Positions 1 to 37,602 of a stretch of DNA of 64,000 nucleotides are shown piece after piece. Positions within the stretch are counted from its first letter, which is position 1. Every line of letters begins with the position of its first letter. A model generated the notes under the pieces. That model worked only from the letters and a program-made list of their open reading frames with translations, had not been told where the DNA came from and did not search any database. The DNA comes from Lytechinus pictus (Eukaryota). The DNA lies in the NCBI RefSeq assembly GCF_037042905.1, contig NC_087250.1:15440001-15504000 (forward strand), in the 5' to 3' direction. The translations under genes were made by a program, and so were the position numbers.

Positions 1-14
1 CATCCTTACTGCCA

Positions 15-258
15 CACTGCAAAAACACCGGTGTTGATTTACCACCAGCCCGGAATATGTATATATGTCCACACCAGAGAAATATTGAAACAACACCATT
101 TTGGAATCAAATCCATGCTGTTTTAATTATATTTGGTGTTGTATAAACACCTATCTGGTGTTAGACCGAAACCAAACTGGTGTAGTTTAACACTTCTCTG
201 GTGTGGACATATATAGATTCCGGGCTGGTGTTAAATCAACACCGGTGTTTTTGCAGTG
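15..258. mobile_element. Palindromic MITE with CACTG...CAGTG termini (CACTA/EnSpm-like)
   Basis: Long terminal inverted repeats (CACTGCAAAAACACCGGTGTTGATTTA / TAAATCAACACCGGTGTTTTTGCAGTG), CA dinucleotide on both flanks; further copies at 43755 and 44680-44858. Confidence 0.85.
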
Positions 259-312
259 CATAAAAGTTTACGGTACATGATTATAATCAAGGGCTGTGCC
301 CAGGGATCCTTT

Positions 313-693
313 GGCCAGGATTCACAACAGGTGGTTTTTAAAACCATCGGTTGAACCCATAGTTCATGCAGATTTCCTGTATAAATTACGCTTATTTACT
401 GTGTATATTAAAAAATGTCCAATGCTGATGCATGCTTCTGTCACAGTACACCAAATTGACGCCTGTTGCCATGGTTAAGTATGCTATTTTATTCATGAGT
501 CCACTGTTTTGAATTATTGAGTTCACTCTTCAAATAGTAGACTCATGAATAAAATAGCATATTTAACCATGGCAACAGGCACCAATTTGCACATCAGCAT
601 TGGACATTTTTTACGCGGTAAATTATATAGGAAATCTGCATAAATCATGGATTCTATAAATGGTTTAAAAAACCATCTTTGTGAATTCGGGCC
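313..693. mobile_element. Fold-back MITE with GGCC termini (PIF/Harbinger-like)
   Basis: The two halves are imperfect reverse complements (e.g. 466-497 vs 543-577). Confidence 0.75.
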
Positions 694-954
694 TTTGTGT
701 CCGAGATGATGTTGCCTGCCACCATGGTTCCAGAGGGACGAAACTAGTCGGTTATTCAGCCTGTCTTAAACATTAAAAATGTCATGCTTCTACATGCTGT
801 ATTTATTTGCACCTGAGCTTATTTTTTCTTAGATATTAATTAATACTTTGCTATGATTGGCATTGAGTGCCTTGGTGACAGCGTTGGTGATTTATGAATG
901 AACAAAATAATGGTAATGATATCATTACTGTCATAATTGATCTTGAATATAAGA

Positions 955-1051
955 GAATGATGATAATGTTGATGATTATGATGCATGATGATGCTGATGA
1001 TAATGCTGATGATGATGATGGTGATGATGATGATGATGATGATGATGATGT

Positions 1052-1101
<50 letters not shown>

Positions 1102-1105
1102 GTAA
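955..1105. repeat. (GAT)n microsatellite
   Basis: Direct inspection. Confidence 0.95.
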
Positions 1106-1194
1106 TGGCAGGGATGAAGTTATGTCGGCAGTGACACTCCTCTCTAAAGGACTCCAATTATTGCCAAACCTAATAAAATACATTACCATTACAG

Positions 1195-25245
<24,051 letters not shown>

Positions 25246-26597
25246 AATACATGCATGATCTACTCTACATGAAATTTAATGTTGTTACTTGTTTGAAAAT
25301 GCCCAAAGCTTCAATACCCTCAAGGTTCTGATGGCTTCAGAATGATTCTTAAAGCGATGAATGAAGTTTTTTCCCCAGATAAATGTCTCTATAAAAAATC
25401 TGCTCGTCGTCATCCTAGTTATTTATGCCATGGCTTTTTTTTTTTGCTTTTAAATCAACACCAACGTACAGACCACACCATAAACTCCTTCAAACCAAAC
25501 TTTGTCCCTGTTTCTGCTGTTTTGCCTTTATAGGAAAATATACAATGTTCTAATGATAATTAATGATAATAATTCAAGTTATGAAGTACTTGTATCCACT
25601 CGACAGAGGGCCCAATCTGCTCATTGTCTCATGTTTCCTAGGCTGCAGTGATGCCAACTGCTAGGGAATATTTATCAGATAAGAAATTACAATGTGAATA
25701 AGCAAACAGCTGAACCAAATGTTTTCTAACAAAACAAAACATGTGAACAAAAGCTTTTCGCTCAGTCATTCAATCGGGAAGTCAACACTGAATTTACATT
25801 AGAACACATCTCATCAATATTCCGTAAGGGTTGGCCACTCTGTGGCTGTAGCCGGCCACAATCCTGGCGCACAAACGTTTCAATGAGTGCATATTCCTAC
25901 AAAGTATACATTTACTTGTGGATGTTGCATAAAGCTGTTTGTAAGTTAAGCAGGGAATAATTATTCTGGTATCTCATCGCAATTTGCTCCACATTTTTGA
26001 AAGACTACTACGCATAAAGTCTTTTGTATAGCATACTTTTACATAGGACTGTACATTACTGAGTTGAGAGCTTTTTCTCTTATGACCAAAAATGCTATTC
26101 AAATTTGTAAAGCAAAATTATTCCCTGTTAAGAATGACTTCACTCATGACTGGCAGGCAATTTTTTTTCTTCTAATTTTCAGGGGCCACTTTTCGCAAAC
26201 CACTGGCTGGATCTGCTACATTAGAGAAGCTTTAATATTTTTATTTCCAAGTTTTCTTTTGAGCATTTTGAAGGCAAAGTCGCCCTGAGCTTCCTTGTAT
26301 TTTTTTTATGATGACAGGTGACCCCCCTTTTTTTTGGAAGCTAAATCAACACCAGTGAAAATATTGGATGTATCCTACACCACAGGAAAGTGTCACGAGT
26401 CGTGCCTAGAATTGTGCTTAACTTGCAAACAGCCGGAATGTTCTCTGGCTTTACTGCAGCTCAAATTTGAAAGTTTCAAAATGTAATTGATTAAAATCTA
26501 GACGTAACCTTCCTCTTAATAATAGCTTGCATCAAAGTGTATGCATGGGACCATTCAGATATCAGTGTTTGAAGTTTCCACTTGGAATGTTATCCCA

Positions 26598-26870
26598 GGG
26601 CCCCATCTTACAAAGAGTTACGATTGATCCAATTAATCGTAACTCTATGGAAATCCATCAGTGTCATAATTTTTTCTACCGGAAATTTGTGAAATGTCCT
26701 TTGTAAACAAACAAGAACACACCAAATTGTCAAGAAATCAATGAATTTATGGATATAAATTCGTATCTAGAACAAATTATGAACAAACATGCATTTTATA
26801 TGTGGACTTTGCTGGCCGTCCATAGTTGCGATTGATCGGATCAATCGTAACTCTTTGTAAGACAGGCCCC
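26598..26870. mobile_element. MITE, GGGCCCCGTCTTAC family
   Basis: TIRs and homology to the 19850-20112 copy. Confidence 0.85.
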
Positions 26871-27250
26871 AGATCTTTACACAGTATACACCTTCAAGTC
26901 CGACTGATAAATGTTGGCGAAATGAAATCCTGTATGTAATCATTTTTTTTTATGCCTTGTATTTATTCTATATCTGATTTTTTATTTCACTATTCATTTA
27001 CAATTCACCAAAGTTGCTATTCATATCAGCGCCCCGTCTTATAAAGAGTTACGATTGATCTGATCATCTTAAATTATATGGAAATCCAGCATTTTAAACA
27101 GGACATTTGCATGATGTCCTTTGTAAACAAAGAGAAGCACACTTAATTTTCAAGAAAACAATGTATGCATGATCATACACCACATCCAGAAAATATTTTG
27201 AACAAACTGCATTTTAGATGTTGACGTTGCTGGCTTTCCATAGTTGTGGT

Positions 27251-27357
27251 CACTGGCGTAAATCCTTGCGTCACACCTACTGTTCAGGGGGAGATGATTT
27301 ATTGTTCCATCCCCCCCCCACACTTGAATAGCATGACGTCACGGATTTACGCCCGTG
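27251..27357. mobile_element. 107-bp hAT-like MITE nested in a GGGCCCC-family MITE (27029-27403)
   Basis: TIRs CAC.GGCGTAAATCC / GGATTTACGCC.GTG; perfect 8-bp TSD GTTGTGGT at 27243-27250 and 27358-27365. Confidence 0.88.
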
Positions 27358-30300
27358 GTTGTGGTTGATCAGATCGAACGTAACTCTTTGTTAGACGGGG
27401 CCCTGCTCTCACTGGTAAATACCGAGGGCATTTTCTCGCAATCAATTCAAACTTTGCAGTACATTATACACCTTTATGCAATAACAATTGTAATATAGCT
27501 CGACGTGTGTTTTGACAAATGTATTAGGCAGCTTCATGTACACTTACAATCATGTCCGTTTAAATTCATTTGACGTGATTCCTCTTTTTTTGTGTGTGTT
27601 TAGTCCTGTAAAAACATCTCCCCACATCTCACTGCTTTACTCACTAAATTGAATGCATGAAGCATGTAATGAATTTCATGAGAAATTTGCACTCAGCCAT
27701 ACACATTCATATTTCATTAATTCACTTGAATAGTAACCAATGCACTCGAAGGATTTACCATTAATCAAGATCGGTTTTACGACTTTGTGTACACTTTTTT
27801 AGAGTCTTGAAATGCATTTTTTTAAATGAATGAGGCGTCAATATTCCCATATTTTACAAAATAATAACTATACATAGTGAAAATTAGACCATATGTGCAG
27901 TAGCCCTAATAACAGACAATCTGATAGTAGGCAAAGTGGATATAAAACTAGATATGATCCTTCAGCATAATAATGACATGAATTATGATAGATCCTTATG
28001 AAATTATTGGCTGAAATCTATCATGTGAGCTGTCAAATATTTTAGCCAATATTCAATTCAATTCATTTATTTTCTCTTTCAATCTTTTTACATTTACAAT
28101 GATAGTTCAATATACATATTTACAAAATATAACATTTAAATCATTTTTTATAATACAATAATACCATGAAATCGAAAGGGAAGGAGACCAACTAAAAAGC
28201 AGAGCTTGTAGGGTGAAGGCCCCCTTTTATAAGTAAATTTTATGAATAAAAAATAAGATAAAATAAAGAAATAAACAATATGTAAAATTTGCTAATGAAT
28301 GGTACTGATGACTAGTTGTATTGACCGGTTTTGGTTTTGAGATGAGATCGGTTCATCAAATAACAAGGATCCGCATCATTATCTTATAAAACAAATAATG
28401 CACAACATTTTGCTTGGGCATTAGAATAATTACACACACACATGTTAGAACTGTTCCTACGGTAACTCATGCGTATAGTTATTACTAATGCCCTTAATGG
28501 TTTGTATTATTTTGTACTATCCACAAGGTAATAGATACATGTATGTTCTAGGACCTCAGGCTGACCATTTTTATTTGTGATAATGTAAAATGCATTTAGA
28601 TATGGTGTTTTTTTTTCTGACGGCTAAGATGAACAGGAAATTTTCTTGTATTAACTTTTTATGCGACTAGAATGAAATTGATAGAATGCATAACAGAGGT
28701 CAGACTGATTCAAATCTACTTCATTTTTATCCTTCCATTGACATTGTATTCAATGAATTCATTTCTATTGCATTTTTTAAATCACACATATTTTGATGAA
28801 CTACATGTAGTGTTACAATTTATCTGTCCAATATTTGTTTCAACTTACGTTATAGGGCTGTCAAACGGTCAATGCAATTCACATTGATTAATTTATGTCC
28901 TATTACAGCTTGAATTGTTAGGTCAATTAAAATACTATTTTTTTTGCAATTAAAGGATCTGTGATGCATTTTTGGAGTTGTTTTACAGAATGGTATATTA
29001 TTGTCAGTTAATGCATCTTGCTACTTTTCTTAACTCAAAATCCACATATGTTGATAAATGCTCTGTTGAATCTAGGTGGTGACAAAAAGACTTTCTCAGA
29101 AATAACAAAATAACGACAACAAAAATGTGAGAAAATATTGCAGAATTTATGTTGTTGAGCGTTCCTTATGCAAGACAATATTATGACCCTAAAATATTGT
29201 AGTTCATGGAATATACATGTAAGTTTCTTGTGCCACAGTGCAAGATATTGACCACGTAGCCATAACATTTAATAGACATATTATGTATATTATATTTTTA
29301 TCTTTGGATGAAATTACGTTTGATAAAGATATGAAGTGTAAACATGTAAGACTGAGGTCTTTAATTTCAATATTTTAGAGGATCAAAATGCATTTGTCAC
29401 AATAATTATACAATTTGATATCTGACTTGTTTAGAGAAGCAACAAGCTTTTCATTCATTTTTTTCTTGGAATACCATGGAATTGAAAAAATGTAATCTTC
29501 AGTTTGGTCGCCAGGGTTACAAGACAAATTTTGCTTTTGTGTTTTTCAATTTCACAAGACAAAATTCACTTTTTGTATTTTGAATTTCAATATTCTAGTC
29601 TTTGTAATATTATTTGTAACTTTACGAATGGCTTTAGGAAAGGGCCTGACTGAGATCCACGTGATGAAGTGTTCATTAATGAATGATAATTACATTTTTT
29701 TGGTAAATATTTTAAGAGATTAACAGTATTTACATCATTATGTCAGGAAAAAGTTATGTCAGATCACTTGATACCAAGTTTCCTTTCCTTATTTGCACAT
29801 GGTAACTGTATTCACACACTGCACTGAAATGTTACTTAATATATGTTACATTTACTGTCTTCATATGCTCACAATATGCTTAAACCAGATTGTGTATTCA
29901 GTTGTGAAAGATAAGCTTTGAATACAGACCTTTGAAAACATTTTTTAAACAACTGAAAAGTTGACGTGCATGGTCGAACATTCTCTCATTACTGATGCAA
30001 GTGATGGAAAATTTAGGCCCTCGGAATTGCAGATATCTTGAGGTTGGCCCCGTTATACAAAGGTCTGCGATTAATCGCTAAATGGAATGGCCTATCAAGA
30101 CCATCGTTGCATGCGCATTTTGCTCAGTAGACTGACTACGAACCAATCAGAATTGCTCTTTCAAATTAGCGATTATAAAGTTTGCAAGGAATTGCTGGGT
30201 GGTGTTTCATAAAGCTGTTCGTAAGTTCAGAGTGACTAAGAACGACTGGTGAACCTTTCTTACGCGCTTAACCATCGCCAATGAATATACCATTTACCAC

Positions 30301-30867
30301 AAGAAAGGATCACCAGTCGTTCTTAAAGTTGTTCGTACGAACAGCTTTACGAAACACCCACCTGATACAATAGAACTGGTTCATTGTCAGTGTTTAAAAA
30401 AAAGTGTGCATGAAACAATGATCAGCGGCCCGTTACACAAAGCTTAGCACATTGTAAAATATTTTTCTACGGCTGATTGCATTGACTACAATGTACAAAA
30501 CGTACGATCAAGCATGAAAATCAAGCGTACGATTAATCACTATCCTTTGTGTTATGGAACCCTAGATTGGTCATTGGCATTTAGCAAATGATTGCAGACA
30601 TTTATGGAGTGTTTCACGAAAGAAGAAGTCTGTGCTTTTCACTGTCTAATTTTATCTCAACCAATCAGATGCAAGGATTTCAGTAGCTTATAACAAAGTC
30701 TGTAAAAGTTACAGTCATTTGTGTCATGATACATCCTTTGTCTGGATAACTGTTAGGCATTGTACATGTTGTTTTGATGAAAATATTTGATTATATTGCT
30801 GACTCTTTAGTACATATATCATCTATTGGAACGTTTATATTCAAGATGAATTTATTCAAGCCTTTCT

Positions 30868-31157
30868 GGCCTGTATTCTGAAGTCGGGTTTAAAGTTGTG
30901 GTTTAACTATGGATAGGCAATTCGGGCACAAGTCTTTATTAGCACCTGTTTAATATTTTAACTCTTATGACACTCAAATCATTTATAACTGTCTCAGAAT
31001 GATATATCTGAAATATTTTCTTACTTATGAAACCAAAGGGAAGGTAAATATAAGAAATATACAATATAAGCAGATTTTTTATTAGCTTTTGGCTCCCATA
31101 ATTTTAGCACAGAGTTAGACCATGGTCCAAGTTAAACCTGACTTCTGAATACGGGCC
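30868..31157. mobile_element. MITE, GGCC.GTATTCTGAAGTC family
   Basis: Homologous to 16389-16695. Confidence 0.85.
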
Positions 31158-31429
31158 TCTGAGTTAAGCTGGGCCCACTTCGATAAAATTATACTCTTGT
31201 CATGTGCTGATGGTTTACACGTGATGCCCATAGCTATTGATAATCCAGCCTTATCATTGCGCTATGAATATATTAGCTTTTGATTTTTTACTGTTTGATT
31301 GCATACCTTTTTATACAATGGGATGATTATTTCTGTACATAGAGTGAAATATTATTTATTTAAATTATTTTTATCACCAAATGCTAATGTGAATGTTTTA
31401 AATTAGAAATAGGTTAAGTGTGAACTGTG

Positions 31430-31625
31430 TGTATCTTCAACTCAATTGTGTATTGTATCAATCACCTCTGTTATTCTAATGTACACCTTAGCTATTCGTA
31501 TAATGGCACTCAAGTGTGTTTTGTATCCCCTCTATTATTCAAATGTCCACTTTAGCTATGTGTGGAATGGCACTCAAGTGTGTCTTGTATCCCCTCTATT
31601 ATTCAAATGTCCACTTTAGCTTTGT
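31430..31625. repeat. About 62-bp tandem repeat x3
   Basis: AATGGCACTCAAGTGTGT.TTGTATCCCCTCTATTATTCAAATGTCCACTTTAGCT repeated. Confidence 0.75.
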
Positions 31626-33086
31626 TGGGAATAAATAGCACTTACAGGGAATTGCGAGAAACTTGTGATCGATTGCAAGTCAATCTTAGGTCTCAAAATT
31701 AATCACAATACTTGAGATTAATTTGCTATCATTTATAGTGGTCTGCTATTTGCAACAAAGTATGAATTAATTTGCTAAAATTTATCTGTTGATTCTAAAT
31801 TTGCAGTTGAAATTTATGATCAATTACTGCTCTGCTATTTGCAACAGAAGGTATGAATCAATATGCTATAGTTATATTGAGCTCTGTCAATTGGAAGTTT
31901 ACAATTTAGCTTTGTAATCGATTGCAAATTAAGTTCATCTTGCAGCACCTACCTAACTGGCTGAGGTGTGTCCTTGGAAACGTATTTTTCTACTGATGTA
32001 AGAATCACAAGTGACATAATATATGTATATATGCTTAAATCAATCCATGATGTCCAAAGTGGGATAGAAAACATTATTCATATAATTATTGACTTGTTAT
32101 TAATGTTGGACTGTTTACCATGTGAAAAGTTACTCTCTGACAACATAGTTTAAGTTAAGGTCAGTATCAGGGTGAGTTCCATGTTTTGTGATTAAAATTT
32201 ATACTCAACATTGCAGAAAAAAATACTGATATTAAATTACCCCAAAACATACATATCCTCTATGATGGGAGAAACCTTTATAAGAGGACAGAGACACAAG
32301 CCTAAGAGTTTTGTTATGCAATTATGTTTGGTCACTTTTATTCTGGTTGTGCTGTGTGGTGTCCTATTGCCTCATATAACAAGGCAATTCATTCTTAATA
32401 TGAGACAGATATATCTTAGTGGCTGAAATGTTGTATGTGTTAACACAATTACTGTGGCCCATGTTATTATTATAATGATGTCAAATTGTCAAAATCTCTC
32501 AGCATGTATAAAATACATAATTTCAATTGCAATTTTGTATTGTGTATGCTTGTAGAATGTTAAATGATATTTGCTTGCAAATGTCTACCGGTAGTTAAAA
32601 TTTAAACTGTGAAGTCATTGAATGAGCTGTAAACTCATTAGGCCTTTTTTGAGAGGGGAGGGGGGTACCCTACCGAAAATCATGAAAACTGGCATCAGAT
32701 TGCCCACAACATAATCTACTCAACATTCTAACATTATATTTTTTTATAAAAAATAATGTTCCGATAATTTTGTGTTGAAATATTCGCTATCAGATAAAAA
32801 GCTCATAATTTGTTTTTTGATACAAGGATTCTTAATTACATCCTAGAAATAATATATTATGAAATACTGGTAAGGCTTTGTTTTATATGGTTGTGATTTT
32901 TTTTTCTCATATGGAATTCATTTCTTTACCAGTTTTTGCTATTAGATTTTGTGAAAAGAGGAAACTTTGAGCATGTATTCTACTTGCAAAGACATAATAT
33001 TAGCTTTCCCCGAGATTGAGGGGAACATGACAGCTAAGGCCTAAATTAAATACCTACTTAATGATGCTATCGATTTGATATTCTAA

Positions 33087-33396
33087 GGCCTGTATTCTTA
33101 AGTCGGGTTTGATTTGAACTCTGGTTTTAAGTTGTGGTTTAACTATGGAAAGCCAGTTGTTACATAAATATCTAACATTAGAGGTTCAATGTATCAGCTC
33201 ATTTGACTCCCAAAACATTATTAACTGCCTGGGAAGAATACGTATGACAGTTGTCTTCACCATTAACGAATTAGTAAGCACAGTAAACATGAGAAGCATT
33301 CACTGTAAACATAATTTTGAAATGTTTGGCTTCCCATAATTTTAGCACAGAGTTAGACCATGGTCTTAAGTTAAACCCGACTTCAGAATACGGGCC
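33087..33396. mobile_element. MITE, GGCC.GTATTCT family
   Basis: Homologous to 16389-16695. Confidence 0.85.
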
Positions 33397-36300
33397 TTAG
33401 TGTGTAAACTGCATATGTATTCTGTTCTATGCATTCATCATGAATGTATCCCTGATTTACATTAATAATCAGATACAGTTTGTACACCTATGTATGTATG
33501 AAATCATTGTTCATAGTATGCATTTATAGCATTTTATAGTGTATAGCAATACTGCGTTTTCCCTCACCCTAAAAAAAAAAAAGCCATATGCAAGCCACTA
33601 TTTATGACAGTATATTTGAAGGGCATCATTTTGCATGCTTTATTCAATTATTGTGTCAATGCAGGGCTTCGCTGTGGCCTAGGTTACTTTTGTCTAGAAC
33701 AAATTATGACCGTTGAATAAAATCAGGAAGAATTATTAAGTTAGTTTGGAATTCTGAGTTCCGCTGATAATTTCTCCCATTTCTCGGTATTTTAACAATG
33801 CATGCTTGATGTCATTTAAATTATTATTCAATTACCATTGGAATAATACCCTACTTGTTCTGTTCGTGACATGAAGAATAGGCCATTATTAAAAATTTAT
33901 GCATTTCATAATAAATCATTATATCGATCATAATTATTCATATTTTGATGGTATCAATCATGCATTGATTATTACTGAGACAAGGAGCTGTGATCTGTCA
34001 AATTCAAATTTCTAAACTTTTTGAGCAGTTTCATCTGGAATTACTCATTTTACTAAAAAATAAATTGTTTTTCTTTTTATGAAGTGTGGATTTAACTCTT
34101 TTAATTTCAATCAGGCAAAGGGCTAATAAATCCATTCATGATGTTTCACATAAAACACCTTTTTATCCTCACTTTGAGATTAACAAAAATTGTTGCACTA
34201 GATTACTTTGAAAAATGTTGAAAAGGTACATTGAATTCATTAAAAAATGTATGGGTATAAGCCTCTTCCATGAACTTTAATGATGTATTTTGAAGAAGGC
34301 CTCCATTGGATGTAATTATTGTTATTTGTATTGAATCTGTTTGTTTGATTAGATAATTATGATACAAGTGCTATATGTAACATGAATAATACTGTAAAGA
34401 TATGCATGTTAAGCCGTGAGAAATTAGTATATTATTATTATTTTTTAGTATTGACGCTGTACATGAATTTGGCTTTTGAAAAATAGGAGAGAGTGAGAAT
34501 GAGAGAGAGAGAGAGAGTGGGGAAATTCAAGTAATATTGTTCATTTGTGAATATGATGTATAAAATCATCATGTGTAGATCAATTAAAGTGAGATATTGT
34601 ACAGTAAAAGAGTAAAAAAAAACACCAAAAAACTTTAAATTGTTTCATTTTGTGTGCGCATTTGTCCCCAAGTGTAGCGTAATTTCCTTACCTGTAAAAA
34701 GTATCTTTCCATTTATCTGTTATTTTTTATGTAATTATTTATTTTGAATTTTTTTTTTTAAATACTATAATTTTTTTCATTAGCTCTGTTACCCTTATTA
34801 TTATCATTATTATTATTACTATTATTCATAAATATTATCACTATTAATTAAATTATTAATTACATGAATAAGGTAAATCATGAAACTTTCACCAAAACAG
34901 AGCGAAGAATGACAAAATTATGACATTCAAGTCTTGCATTATTTCAGTGAAACAATTCAAGAATGGAGGGGGGGAGCTGGTCATGATAGCGGCTTACTAG
35001 GACATTGTGCATGATGGGATAGAACTTGTAAGAATAAGAGCAATGGCTTTACAATGATAATGCTGTTAAAAATTTCATGCAATGTGTTTAACTGTACAAA
35101 CCTGACAGAAGTTGTTTAAAATTTAAAGCAACCATGATTCAGATTTATTTCCAACAGAAATAAAAATATTGATAAAAATCATTTTCATACATTAATTTTA
35201 AAATTTACGATACAAATCATTGTCATTATTATATTTGACAACATCAATGATAAATATAAAGATATATACAAAATATGGTACATTTTTGTAGACAAATTAT
35301 AATATTTAATTTAAATAGAAAAAAGGTATCTGTGGAAATAGATACCCTAACTAAACTTAAATTTATTGAAAATTAAATATTAGAACTTGAACTTCGTTGT
35401 TTACGATTTTAAACATGTTTTTTTTTAACTGTTTAAACAACTTCTATAAGGTTTATATAGTAAAAAAGTTGTATAAAAATCTAAACAACGTTTTTACTGT
35501 GCAATTATGATGAAAGAGCTTCATATCTTAGAAATTCACCCATTCTATTCATAGTGATATATCAACATTGTGAACGAACACCAACCGTACATCATTAGAG
35601 CAATACCTTGAAATACGGAAAGGGTTTATTTAAAGTGAAAAATAACATACTAGAGGAAAGCAACAAATCAAAAATAAATAATGATGTTTTTGTCTGTAGT
35701 TCTGTCCTTTAATTTGTTCACGGTTGGCCAGCCTTAAGAATGACCCGCTTTCTAAGGTTGGGCTCGTTCTATGATACAAATCCATGGCATTTGCTCCGCT
35801 CTAATTTTCCACACACTAATAGAGTACCGAAGCAATGACGTCAACTACCACGGTGCCAAATGAACCCGCCGAATGAAAGTGTGTTTCTCATAGGAGAAAA
35901 GGGCTGCTATCGGAATTTGATCGCTTGCAACCTATTTTTCAGACGAGCCAAAGTCATACAAGTGTGTACAGACGATCGTCAGCTGCGACTCTGTTTAGAA
36001 CCAGCCCGCCATGACACCATAGCAACTGACGTCACACTTCGGTACTCTATTGAGAGATCAGCTTCAACCCTGGGTTTGACACTATACCCTACCCTAAACG
36101 TAACATAAAAGCCTATTGCAACCCTAACCCTACATTTTAGACGAAATTAAGCCTGGAGCAATTGTCGCAGGGGCAAAATGTCGTGTCACCTCCAGTCATC
36201 CGAGCCACTATCCTCACAATTTTTGTTTTATTTTTTTTCCACTTTATTAATTTCGTTTTCAACAAAATATAAATATCAAGTAAATACAATCAAAACAAGT

Positions 36301-36737
36301 CAACGTAATAAACAATATACCAAGGCCATAGAAATGTTATAAAAAATACAGACCAAGGCTTACGTGATTTTACAATTTCTGGTCAAGCTGATGATACCTT
36401 GCCAGTTTTCCTCATCTCACATGGTAAAAAAAGGTTTTAAAATATGTAGCCGGTTAATTTCCAAAGGTAAATGTTTCGACTTGTTATTTGAAAAAGTAGA
36501 CAGCGGTGATTAACTACTGGACAATACATTTACAGGTGATTAATGATAACTAATATTTATCAACAAACTGAGTATTTATATATGTTTGAGTTTTGTCGAA
36601 GAAGAACTATTATACTAAACAATAGCTTATATAGGTTTATGCAAGGCATGACAAAATGAAGGAAGATTTCAAAGAAGTGAGACACAATTATTGTAATATT
36701 TTGCTGAAGTCTATTTTTTTTAATTATTATTATTATT

Positions 36738-37075
36738 TCAAATCGCGTCATGTTTCTCTACTTTTTCGTAATATTTCGATCCTTCGCTGACTTCCAGATC
36801 AATCATTGTGACGTCACGATCCCCAAACTTGTGGTTATTTAGCTGACATACACCGCGGTCAAGATTGAACGAGACACACTCGTTCAGCTGGCCACACAGC
36901 GATGCGCATCTAACCGCGGATAAACCACGCCTGACTTTGATCACGTGGTTTGTCAGGCATTGCCCTTTGTGCACAAGTGTGAAGAGTGAGTTCTTGCCAT
37001 AGTCGTCGGCTATTGGTGGAGGGTTGCTGATCACGTGATCAGGTTGGGTGATCTCGGCAGGACTGTCTTTAATAC
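36738..37075 (-). CDS. Exon 3: Pro-rich linker plus PAN/Apple domain (CASLCGQLNECVSFNLDRGVCQLN...YY)
   Basis: TTCAG acceptor; typical PAN motif C-x3-C-x5-C-x-S-F-N-x5-C-x-L; TGA stop. Confidence 0.85.
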
Positions 37076-37561
37076 CTGAAATTCATAAAGAAAAAATATA
37101 TATTACAAGAAGTTGTATCCACAGCGGCGTAATAAATTAATAGCAATAATGATCGGGGCACGATGTACCTCAGGGCATACAGAGTACAGTGATATATATA
37201 TATATATGTATATATATATATGTGAAGTTATACATGTACAACAGCTTTGACAACTCTTTTTATTTTAAATATTGTAAAGAAATGAATGAAGAGAACAATG
37301 GTAGGCGTAGCTTAAATCAAGGTTCCCCAGAGCTATCTACCCTTTGGAAAAATTGGTGATGCCGAAAAAATGTCTCTGCCGGGAATCGAACCCCGGCCCC
37401 CAGCTTTGAACGCCGGTGCCTTAACCACTAGACCACAGAGACTGGTTAGTGGCTAGGGCGACCCCGATCCGATTGACCGTCAGATAGACAAATTTTCGAC
37501 ACTATACCAATTATAATTTCCTTTGTCGGGGAAGGTGGGTTTTGAACAATGACAAGCCGCC

Positions 37562-37602
<41 letters not shown>

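Noticed and set aside
37371..37442. Selenocysteine tRNA
   Set aside because: Has UCA but lacks the long variable arm and extended acceptor/D stems of tRNA-Sec; flanks are repetitive.
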